Source: Microthyrium microscopicum (Eukaryota). Taken from it: a stretch of DNA of 64,000 nt. Positions within the stretch are counted from its first letter, which is position 1, and the number at the start of each line of letters is the position of its first letter. A program made the position numbers and the translations under genes. The DNA is taken from contig MU004230.1 of the NCBI GenBank assembly GCA_010405405.1, forward strand, positions 2,328,627 through 2,392,626, written 5' to 3'. The notes beneath the pieces were generated by a model. The model was not told the DNA's origin. It did not search any database and saw only the letters and a list, made by a program, of their open reading frames with translations. Below, piece after piece: positions 12,158 to 23,439 of the stretch.

Positions 12158-15100
12158 ATGCGCGTCGTTGTCCCCGGCCGGCCACAGTCGAAGCTTCAAG
12201 CTGTCTCAACTGCTTGCTGGGAAGGTCGACAGATTATTGTAAGATACTGGGAGCCTCATACTTGCGGAAAATAACCTTACGCATTCTTATAGACATATAT
12301 CTCAGGCCACGCGATCGTAGTCCTCGATGGCCCCAACAGCGTCCTCCAAACCACATATACAGACCTCCCCGATGAGCTTGTGGCAATCGTTATCGATGAA
12401 CTCTCTGGCAAGATAGCCGCCGCATCCTCCAACCTCGTACACGTATACAAACCAGATGGATACTTCCAAGGCTCACCGAGAGTATGAGGTTCACACAAGA
12501 GGAACAAGTTAATGGCTGACATGAGTGCTAGTGGTCTTTACAATGCCATCTGCCAGCAGGAGAGCAGGACGAGATACGATCGTTACATTGGGGTCTGGAT
12601 GAGGAACTCTTGATTGGCAGTACTCAGCTCAGCCTTTTTTCAACCCACAACGCCGCGGACCACCTTTGGTCCAAGTCTTTAGCTACACCAGCTAAGATCG
12701 CACAATTCTCCTACGATACAAGCTTGATAGCAACAACGGGCCAGTACGATCGGTTAGTGAAGATATGGAGAAAGTTGTCATTATCAGATCAAAGATTCGA
12801 GTATGACTATCTACCGCATCCAACCGTCGTCACCGGAATATGTTGGCGACGGCCTTACCACCGAGACCAGAGCTTCGACAATATTCTATATACCTTCTGC
12901 GCCGACAACAAGCTGCGGATATGGTCTCCAGGAGACTCCGTCTCACATCATATTCTACAGTTCTGGGGAGAGATCGACCTGATGCAGTCCATCCAGCCAC
13001 GGACGCTGAACCCAGCCGATGTGTCAAGTCAACGATTCGCTTTCATGATTCACAGCCGTGATTTCTCAATGGCTACAGAAAAAGCTGTTCAAGACTCGCC
13101 AGATGACGAGCATGAGCAAATGGCATTGCACCACCTAATAGAAATCGCCAACCGAAGTCCAGAGGTTTGCGTTGTTCTGGATGAGAAGGGAAACATGTCT
13201 GCCTGGGGACTAGAAAATGTGGGCAGCAAGCATCGGGTCCCAGGAGACATATTCAACGTGGCACACGTCGAAGGACTGGCACTGCGATTCAAGCCGGACT
13301 GTGTTCCCATCGAAAACAATGCACAATTCTTTCCATTTTGTGGCGATGACACGAAACGGCCATTTTCTTTACTGGTTCACCATTTTGATGGCCGTCTAGA
13401 GTGGTACGAGGGTAAACTCGACCAGTTTTTCAGTCCATTATCACAGTCAAATCGACTTTCACTGAAATGTTCCTGGTCCGGTCATAGTGGAGAGATAAAG
13501 AAAGTTATAAGATCGGTTACCGGCAAAGCCATAGTCTCGAGGACTAAACAAAACGAGAGCATCGTGTGGACCCAAGCGCAGTCTGCCCGTGGAATAACTA
13601 TTCGACGTAGCAGTATAATCGGTACTCAAGAACATGTCCACAGAGCGTGGGTACTACAAGATGGGAAGTTTGTTGTTTTCCTACATCATGGTAGCATATC
13701 ACTCTGGGATACGAGATCTTTACGTGCTATCGAAATCACACGAAAGCAGTACTCTATCAAAGGCAAAGCTCTATGCTTGTTGTACATTCCAGGGGAGGAT
13801 CATACTCCTGGAATGGCGCACATGGCAACAGTAAGCTCTGAAATGCAGGGCATATCCTGGGAGGTACGACTACCCACTGAAGCCACTCCTGTTGAACCAT
13901 CTTTGGAACAATTCGACACGTTTGACCTGGGCCTAGGTGATGACCTAGCTTTTGTTTTGTCTGTTGATCCCGCTGGTACGGCTCCGGTCATATCTGGGTT
14001 CCTCGATACACTGGCTCGAGATGTAGCAATATCATACACCAATTCCGGAAGAGTTACCTCGTGGACAGCCAAAGTGGATTTGATAAATCGAAAGACAGAA
14101 TGGCTAACGACTGCAGAGGTTGAAACTTTGATCGAGTATCCCTACCTAGCTAGCGGTACCTCCATTCGAAAGACCGCTCTTGTCAACTCTGAGCAAACTC
14201 AGTTGACGATATGGAGCACCAAAGGACAAGCGTTGGAATATGAAGAACGATTCAGCACCGAACAAGGTCAAGTTCAAGATCTAGATTGGTCATCCACTCC
14301 CGATAACCAGTCTATTCTAGCTGTTGGCTTCCCTCACAAAGTCATAATTTATGGACAACTCCGCTTTGACTATCTTGATGACAGGCCAGCCTGGGCGGCA
14401 TTCCGAGAAATTGATGCATTACAATTTACCTCACATCCAATTGGTGATTCAGTATGGCTAGGTGGCGGAAACTTCGCAATCGGTGCTGGTAATCAACTTT
14501 TTATAATTGAAGACAAGTTGACCCTCTCGGAGAATCTCCTGCCAGACATCCGTTTGTCTGCAAAATCTAAAGAGACAGTCAATATATTCGACCTTGTCAG
14601 TCGACTGAATGGACCTTTACCGATATATCATCCACAATATCTATCGCAATTCATTCTTGATGGAAAGGTGGTGCTCGTTCAGCGCATCCTGCTGAAGCTC
14701 TGGAGGTTCCTCAAATTCTACACCGAAGGCGACGACGTCGACCCGATGCTAGGCTTTTCCATTGACGACATCTCGGATCAACAAGACATCACGTCTAGCC
14801 TTGCAAGGAAAGAACTTAATTCGTCATACGCAGACTTGACTGAAGACGAGCCTGAAGTAGTGACTGAGCACGTCGTTGCATCTCTGAATGAGCTGCTATC
14901 GTCACGCACGGTGCCACTGCTCTCTAGCAGAGAGCAATTTCTCTTGGCAGATGCTGTCGAGTGTGTAGGCACGGTTGAGAAACATCGACGGTCCATTGAT
15001 GAGAACGCTTGTCGATTTCTACTTTTCTTTCGTCAATATGCTTTGCGACATAGCCAACATACCGACAAACACTTGAGTCTTTCTTGGAGAGAAATTACGT

Positions 15101-16541
15101 GGGCATTTCATAGCAGCAGCCAGGATATTCTTGCAGATCTCGTTTCACGGCACTATCACAACAAGATGCTTTGGGAACACGCGCGAGCATCGGGACTGTT
15201 CATGTGGATGTCGGACCTACCGGCTCTGGTAAGAAACATATGACATTCTTGTGTATCGATAGTACTGACAGCGATACAGCGTACACAGTTCGAAACTATT
15301 GCCCGCAATGAATATACTAAGACAGAGGACAAAGATCCAGTCAATTGTAGCCTCTATTACCTAGCGCTGAAGAAGAAGGCAATACTCTCTGGTCTATGGA
15401 GAATGGCGATCTGGAGTAAAGAGCAAGCAACTACCCAGAAGTTTCTGTCCAATAATTTCAACGAGCAGAGATGGAAAACTGCTGCTCTGAAGAATGCCTA
15501 TGCCTTGATGGGCAAACGGCGCTTTGGTAAGTCTGCCAAATACCCGGACAATTTGCCTTCTCTGACGCAAAACAGAATACGCAGCGGCATTTTTCCTGCT
15601 TGCAGATCACCTCAAAGATGCCATCAATATTCTCTCCAATCAGATGGGTGATATTCAACTAGCCATTGCAGTGTGCAGAGTCTATGAAGGCGATCACGGG
15701 CCTGTTCTGTCAGAATTCTTGACCGAGAAAGTGCTGCCTGAGGCAACACTAGACGGGAACCGATGTCTCGCGACCTGGGCATTATGGATGCTGGGCAAAC
15801 GAGACAAAGCTGTTCGAGCATTAATTGTATGTACGATCGGAACGATCATCATCCAGACTCTAACCTGTAAAGCTTCCACTACCACAAGTCCTCTCACCAC
15901 CAGAGACACCAAAAATGGAGTCCAAACTATTCTCCATTGACGATCCAGCTCTCGTCGTACTCTACAAACAGCTTCGAGAGAAATCACTGCAAGCTTTGCG
16001 AGGTGCCATGTCGATATCTCCTCGTGCTGAATGGGAGTTCGTAATACATACTGCTCGACTCTACTCGAGAATGGGCTGTGACCTATTAGCTCTTGAACTT
16101 GGTAGGCCCGATCGCATGCCCAGTAAATTCTAATCTGACATTCATCTAGTCCGATCCTGGGAGTTCCTCATCACTCCCGGCCATCCCATATCTCCCGCCC
16201 TTTCACCCTCTACTACATCTTTCTCCAAACAATCGCTTCACCTCCCCAGCCACCAAGGACATCAACCTCCATCACCTATGTTATCTGCTTTTGACATGGA
16301 TCCTCGATTGGTGTTACGTCGGCGTAGCTCCTTAGTAGTAGATGATCTTCCGCAAGAGCTTAAACGACACTCCATCACAGATGAGCCAACTATCGACGAG
16401 GAGGTCGAGTCCAATGGCATGAACGGACACGACAAGAAGTCCACTGAGAAGGAGAAGGCTCCCAAACAAGAAGAGAAGAAGAAGCCGACTCAGTTCCAGG
16501 AGCCGGATGCTAATAGTCTGCTCGATGCATTTGGTTTCTAG
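12158..16541 (+). CDS. RAV1: RAVE complex subunit Rav1 (regulator of V-ATPase assembly), WD-repeat protein
   Basis: N-terminus MRVVVPGRPQSKLQA; LNGPLPIYHPQ; Rav1_C motifs WAFHS..Q and WKTAALKNAYALMGKRRF; C-terminal QFQEPDANSLLDAFGF. Multiple short introns. Confidence 0.93.
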
Positions 16542-16667
16542 ATTTATATGGCGGTAGCATGAGCGTGTTTGTTTGTCCAATATTGTGTTTGTTTAATACT
16601 GTATCTACTTCTTGTCTCTATCTTACTTATGTTACAAGACCATCATTGGCAAGAATGCATCAATAAG

Positions 16668-17880
16668 TTATAATATATCTGTACAATCCCAGTTTTCTGG
16701 ATGATCAATGACCATCTGAATAACTGCTTGAAACCTATCAGCAATGCCGGAAGCGGAGCCTCGCAGTAATTTGATCGCAGTGGTCAAAATCATAAGGCGG
16801 TCACCTTCTGTGGTCACATCATCTGCTCCTTGAATTCCCATCACTATGGCTCGTCCCGTTTCGTCTTCAATGTCATCTGACGTGACACTTGAGCTCGACG
16901 ATCCTGGCAGATGTGCAGTTGGCTGAAGGTCATTGAACTCGTCTGACAAGATGTAGTCAGCTGTCGAGTTCATTGACTTGTCGTTTGTGATATTCTTGAG
17001 GCAAGGCGAGATACACCACAGTGTAGCTGCAGCCTTGAACACGACCAGGTGCTGCTGGAGAAATGCGTGGGGAAATTGTTTGCCGACTGCAAAAACTTGA
17101 CCACAGTGATAGGCCACACAGCGTGTTCGATGTAAGTCCTCCTTGATCCATCGAGCTCTCCGTGCCTGTGCTCTTTGCAGGTTGGATCCACCTCCTGCTA
17201 CAAGTATGGTCAGTTAAGGTTTGGAAAGATATTTTTCGAAGCTTACTGAATAAATCAGACCTCTTCGACCTATCTCAAAGAGAGTTTCTGCGGCCTGACG
17301 GTCTGCCTCTATGCCACCGAGATAGGCTCCAATACTCGGAGTCATTATAACAAGCAGTAAATGCTCACTGTGAGTGTTGAAGGTTGGCTGATGTAGTAAA
17401 TGATGGTTCTAAAGACCCTTGTTAGTAACTCTCGACGTTGCGATCAGGTTAGCTACAACGCACCGGATGGAAATGTGCAAAGAACAGCTCAACGAAGTGG
17501 TCAATCTGTTGCATTGAGGGTAGTCCAATAGTAGGCAGTGGCTGCCATGGCGGTCTGCTCAGGAGTTCGCAAAGAGCTTGGAGAAGACCTTCATTGCTTC
17601 CCGGAATTTCCATAAGAGATTCGACGGTGGTTGCTGAGGAGAATGTATGATCATCTTGTTGAACTGTTCCCCATTGATCCCAGGATGATGTGATATCATT
17701 TCTTGAGTTTCCCTCGACTTGAAGTGGTGGTGTCCAAGCAGGGAAACCTAGACTTTGCGAAAACGGAGCTGTAGTTGTGTTCCATGGCTCATTGCATAGG
17801 AATTCATAATCCGTCTCGCCTTCACGAGGTTCTATTGCTGACGAGTTGGTTCCTAGACTGTTAGCATACGGCAAGAACAA
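16668..17880 (-). pseudogene. Degenerate fungal-specific transcription factor domain gene (probable pseudogene)
   Basis: Spliced LPSMQQIDHFVELFFAHFHP-NHHLLHQPTF...IGAYL matches the start of a Fungal_trans domain. It then jumps, with a frame change, to a C-terminal-type AYHCGQV..AATLW segment. No DNA-binding domain seen; 5' end uncertain. Confidence 0.55.
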
Positions 17881-18457
17881 TTGCTATCAATGCCAACTCA
17901 TTATTTCAGTGTATGTACCATCGCGACACATAATAGCCATACGGTACGATGAGAACCAGATATGCCTTAGTAATATCTTGCCACTTGGGTAGAGTCTTGA
18001 ACGGGACTAGGAAGAGCTGATATTTCTTTGGTAGTCCCGTAGCATGCGATAGTAGACATCAAATGGATTGGGAAGCGTAACTTGAAGCTTTGGACTGAGT
18101 AACATTTTAAAATGAATTCAAGAGCGCAATTTAAATGTGCAAAAGCTGTGATCTACGGGCACGCAGATCAAGCTAATAGGAGCGTTCAAACGAGTCACTC
18201 CTTCATCGAAAGAGAGAAGAGAATGGCACATAATCACGAAATGGAATGACATGTCATCTCATCGTCCCATATGTAGCAATATCACAGTTATATGATAGGA
18301 AAGTGAATCTTATCAAAGAATAAGCAATCTAATATAGACTCCTGCGTATGCGATTCCATCCATGCAGTGTTACCAAGTTCGCGCCAAATCATAGGTAGTC
18401 ATCAATCATTTTTCAATCAATAAACTTCCAATGCCACTCCTATCCGCGCTGGACATC

Positions 18458-19967
18458 CTACGCCGTCAACGCACTACTCAGCCCCAAAATACCCATGCCA
18501 ACAAAGGCGCTCACCAAGCACAAGCTACGATCATGTCCTAGCTGCCATGCCTCGCCCATCAACTGCAAGCCCACCATTGCCATGATGCCTGCCACTACCG
18601 CGAACATCCCGCCATATACTGCCTGTCCTGGTGCCCACTTCTCTCCTGCTGCTGCAAACCATAGAGCCGCGATTCCTGCACCGGCTGGCTGACTTAGACC
18701 GCCTAGGAGGGCTGCCCAAAGCATGGCGCGCCCGCGGCTCTGGAGGGCTAGGTATAGCGGAAGGGCGAGCGCGAAACCTTCGGTGATGTTGTGGATGAAG
18801 AGGGATAGGAAGACGGTGATGCCGAGAGAGGGGTTGGCGTGATTTGTTGCGTACGTGATGAAACCTTCAGGGAGCTTGTGTAAAGCAATGGCTAGGCTGG
18901 TTTGCAGGCCGATAGAGAGAAAGGCGTTGGTGGGTACATGGTGGTGATGCGTATTCGCACCACCCTGGGAAGCGGCATGGGAGTGTGAGTGTTCTAGTGC
19001 GGGAGGTTGAGTGAGCGTGGAAGTTGAAGCAGAGCCCGGTTGAGGAGTGGGAGTTTGGGATCGTGGAGTTGGTATCGAGTTTTGTTCCTCTTGGAGTGGC
19101 GCGAGCAGGGGAGTGTTTTCGTTCAGGCGTGGAGCCACGTCTGTGGTTGTTAAGCTTCGAGGCATATAGGGTCTTGAAGACATGCCATCAGCCCTAGACT
19201 GCATGCTTCGGAAGCAGTTGAGACCGCATGGATTAGTATAGCCGTAACATGTTCCGTTCTCGTCACATTGCGCTTTGGAAGTGCTGAGGAGTTTGGTCCA
19301 CTGTGGGTTGAGGAGGTCCTCCCTTGATGCAGAGATCTCTCCTTGTTTCCACATGGATGTTCGAGACCTTGTCGATGTGGCACTTTTTGTTGTATGGGTT
19401 GAGTGTGCCTTACCGGCATCTAACGGTTGTGCTTCCTCATCGTCGGGACAATCGGCCATTTCGGATCCTTCGTCCTCTTCTTCCTCCTCATGACTATGAT
19501 CGCAATCAACGACATGGGATGGAATGAAATGGTGCATCGCACGCGACAGCAATTGGATACCAATGGCGCCCAACAAGAAGAAGCCGATCTGGGCAAACGA
19601 TGCGGCCTTTTTTGAAAGTCCTCCTGCAATCAAAGACTTTTTTGCCGACGGCATCATCTTGGCCAAGGCAGAGAAAAACTAAAAGTTTGATTAGAACAGA
19701 GCTCCACACCATAGGAGACTGTAGTACCATGACACCGAAACTGAGACTAAGCGAGGCAGAGAGAAAGCCATTGCTATTCTCGATCCTAAAGTTCTTTCTC
19801 CCTGGGAGCTTTCTAATGAAAAGATCCACGCATATAATGCTAGCTCCCAATAAACAAGCTGTCAGCCTCGTCAGTCATATGTATAACAAAGGCAGGTGAG
19901 CTAAGGAATTACCGAATCCACTTAGCGCGGACATAACCCATCCACGGGTGTCATTGTCCATCACCAT
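18458..19967 (-). CDS. ZIP-family zinc/iron transporter (Zrt3-like)
   Basis: N-terminus MVMDNDTRGW; SLSFGVM; His-rich loop; HKLPEG and HNITEG metal-site motifs. Introns ~19859-19912 and 19679-19727. Confidence 0.92.
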
Positions 19968-21243
19968 ATTGTAGACTTTCAGAAGAGACAAGCCATAAAG
20001 TGGCTCGATCTTGAGGCAGAGCTTCAGGTATCAGAATGCATACGAGCTTGATGTGGTCAACATGAGCGGTCAAGACTTAATAGTCAAGGGTGTGATGGCA
20101 GCTGTTATGATGGATCCGCTGAGACGAGCTGAACATGCAGTTGTATGGTAGTTCTAAGGCTGAGATGATATGACGGTAAGAATAAGACGAAATAAGCTGA
20201 GCTTGGGATAAAAGATTTTTGATGCTATCAGATCAACTATGTTCTAAGAATGATTGATTGCTAGAAGTAGGTAGTGACTTCCCGTCTCTGTTCAGCACTT
20301 GATGGCAGTCGCAGTTGAGAGATCGGCTGTAGGGGCCCAAGGGGGCTAGGACGGGACGTCAGATGGCAAGAGCATCGCTGACGCAAGGAAAGAGGAAAGT
20401 GCATTCCCACGAGATCCCAAAGGGCAGTCACCAGGGGCTGGTCGGCAGGTACGCCACAACGATGTGGCGTATGGGGCCGCCCCCATCCCGGGCCCCACAC
20501 GCGAAATGGCCCCTGTCAACATGCGCGATCCCATCCTAAGTTCTGACTCGTCCCTAATAATTGAATGCCAGAACATTGTCGCTTTCTCTTGTCTTTCTGT
20601 CGTCTTTGATAACGCATAGGTGACTTATGAAATAGCAAGTCAATCAAGAACAGTAACAACCGTATACTCTGGCGCTTGAGCACTCCATATTGAGCCTAGG
20701 GTAAGTTTACTATCGACCCCTTAAAATCATAGATATGGCACTCCGCCCTAACGTGTCTAAGCCACTTTACTATCGCAGCGGTCAACACCAGGTACTTAAA
20801 GAGACTCTAAATCCTTCACTAGGAAGATTGCACCATCCTTGAGGCACTGTAGTACTCTTCCTGAGACCGATTGGATCAAGGCGCACAAGGCTTATTGCTT
20901 GGATCAGTTCGCTGCCTCAGGTGCTCAGTTTTAGCTTCATCACCCTGCAGATATCAAAGTTCCTGTTCCTCATTCCTGAGGTAGTCCGGCTTAGCAAACG
21001 CTAAAACAAGTATCACTGCCCGACCTTCATCTGACGTTTGGAGTGCATCGTCAAACAGCCTGGTCACGCTAATCCATCAGGCTGCTTTACAACCGGCCTC
21101 TCACTCAACTACATTGGCCAACGCCGGAACTTCCCCAGGTTGATATAAAGTACCATCCATCTCTACCTAAGGCAATTCCTTTTCCATCACCAGCCATTTA
21201 CACCCAAACAACCAAAAGACATCCTCATTACCTTGTCATCATC

Positions 21244-21762
21244 ATGTCTTCTTCAACGCATCCCGACTTCAAGCACGTCAAGGCGCCGCATAAAGTTGAA
21301 CTGAACCAACCATCAGTCTTCCTTGCTGGCAGTATCGAGATGGGGAAAGCCATCTTATGGCAGGACTCTATGAGCGAGCAACTTCAGGATCTGCCAGTCA
21401 CCGTACTCAACCCCCGAAGAGAAGATTGGAATTCAGAGTGGAAGCAGACAGAGGACTTTGGTCCATTCAAGCAGCAAGTGGATTGGGAAATGGACTACCT
21501 CAACGACTGCGATGTTATCGCTCTCTACTTCCAAGTAGGCACCATGAGTCCAATTTCTCTACTGGAGCTTGGCCTACACGCCGCTAGCGGCAAAGTTGTC
21601 GTCTGCTGTCCCACCGGATTCTGGCGTAAAGGCAACGTCGACATTGTCTGTTCTCGATACGGCCTAAACAAGCCTTTTGAGACCATAGAAGAGCTCATTG
21701 CCGAGACTCGCTCGAGACTGGCCAAAGCCTGTGAGGCCAAGGAAACAGCGAAACTTGCATGA
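21244..21762 (+). CDS. Nucleoside 2-deoxyribosyltransferase-like protein (Nuc_deoxyri_tr2 type)
   Basis: Intronless 172 aa with VFLAGSI..W, NPRR, QVDWE, SPISLLELG and GNV motifs. TATA-like TATAAA ~100 bp upstream. Confidence 0.85.
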   Translation: MSSSTHPDFKHVKAPHKVELNQPSVFLAGSIEMGKAILWQDSMSEQLQDLPVTVLNPRREDWNSEWKQTEDFGPFKQQVDWEMDYLNDCDVIALYFQVGTMSPISLLELGLHAASGKVVVCCPTGFWRKGNVDIVCSRYGLNKPFETIEELIAETRSRLAKACEAKETAKLA

Positions 21763-23439
21763 TACCATCTCTCCATACTTCGGCATCGTATTGGGGACTT
21801 TTCACACCACGGAATTTCCCGTTTCAACTCCCAGGTCCTTTATGATACCCCTTTGGAATTGCTTAACAACAAGACATCTACAATGAGCACGAGACGATGA
21901 GGCGGTGGATCTGGGATGCCAAACCTTGCTTTCCTGGATTTTTGCATTGGAGCTCTGATGATTCACGACTTACGAGGATATCAAGGATTTAACATAGAGA
22001 GTCCTTAATTTTGTCAATGTTCTACTTTTGTTAATCCCCTTGTGTGCTTCGAGATTTGTGCTAGAGTTCGCAACTAATCTCAAGCTCCTAATATTCAAAG
22101 CTTACCAGCCTCTCTCACCTTTTCTTTCGCACAAGAGCTTGGAACTGGGTAGCGGCACTCAGGAGCCCAGCAGCAACGCTCCTCGAAGATTGTACTTTTC
22201 AGCATCCATGCTTATGACAAGACAGAAATAGATCAATATAGGTGGCTATCTGTAGCGCAAGCACACTCCAGCTCAACCTTTGGGCTGTGTCTTTCCAATA
22301 CCTTCGCGTTTGCCCACCCAATTTGTTCAACTCAGCCTTTGATTTAGGTCATCGGGTAGGCACTTTCCCACTTCAAACAATTTCTAACACAATCAGACCC
22401 TCAGCAAACCCGGTAGCCAATTTCAATCGCAAACGAACCGTGCTCAAACGAATCATTTCCATCATGACGATTAATGACTACCTCCTTCTTGAAGGCATCT
22501 CTGATATTCGAATGAGTTCACAAATTTTCTAACGCTATGAAGTAATCTTGATTGCCACAAAGTGTGAATCGTGGTTCTTTTTCCGCACATCGACATGCCG
22601 CCACAAATGCCCACTTCTTGCGTTTACAAGAAGCTGTTCGACCCATCCAGAAACCCCGATAAAGATACCTTACTATCGAACAACTCCACCACAAACTCCT
22701 CAATTTCGGGTGATAGTCCAGCATCAAAATGTCTCACAAAGGTAAAATTCCCTTGCGACAAATCACATTTCTTGACGATGTGCAACGTCACAAAAACACC
22801 ATACCTCGCATCGCATTCGATGGCGTCCATAGAAAGCGATTTAAACTGAGTGCTGTGGCTGCCGCCGAATGCAATGGCTTTTTCGTGATTTCGCGCTGGA
22901 CAAACCATACAGTCTTCTCGGGGCCTTTGGCTTTAATCGTAATCTTCCAAGGTTATACTGACAACTTCTAGGGGACATATGGGCGTCTAAGACCGAATGC
23001 TCCTTCCTTCGAACCTTTGCTCAGACAAGAAGGAACGTCGGTCAGACCTGGATCTTCGGCAGGAACGACGCAAATATCTCAAACTGTCAACCCATTGCTA
23101 GGCAACTACGATCGTAAGGAGGCAACTGCGATCCAAAACAATCTACACCTCACTCCTCTCCCTTCTGTTGTCTCTCCCCCACCAGGGCACTTCTCAACTT
23201 CACTCGTTGCCTCCAATCATCCAGTCACTCCAAACCAGACAGCTATACAGAATTGTCCTCTACATTCAAACCAAAGAGCATCACCGCTTTCTACACTCCT
23301 TGGACTCCTCTGCTTGGGCGCAGATACAGGCAATCCTCTAGTTCATTTCCTTCTGTCTGAACTGGGCTTCCTTGCTCCATACACAGGAACATCCTGTATA
23401 CAAAACGAAGCCAGTCATTTTGTTTCTCCTGAAGCATTG

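Noticed and set aside
22028..22971. Several 65-96 aa ORFs
   Set aside because: Non-ATG starts, mutually overlapping, no motifs.
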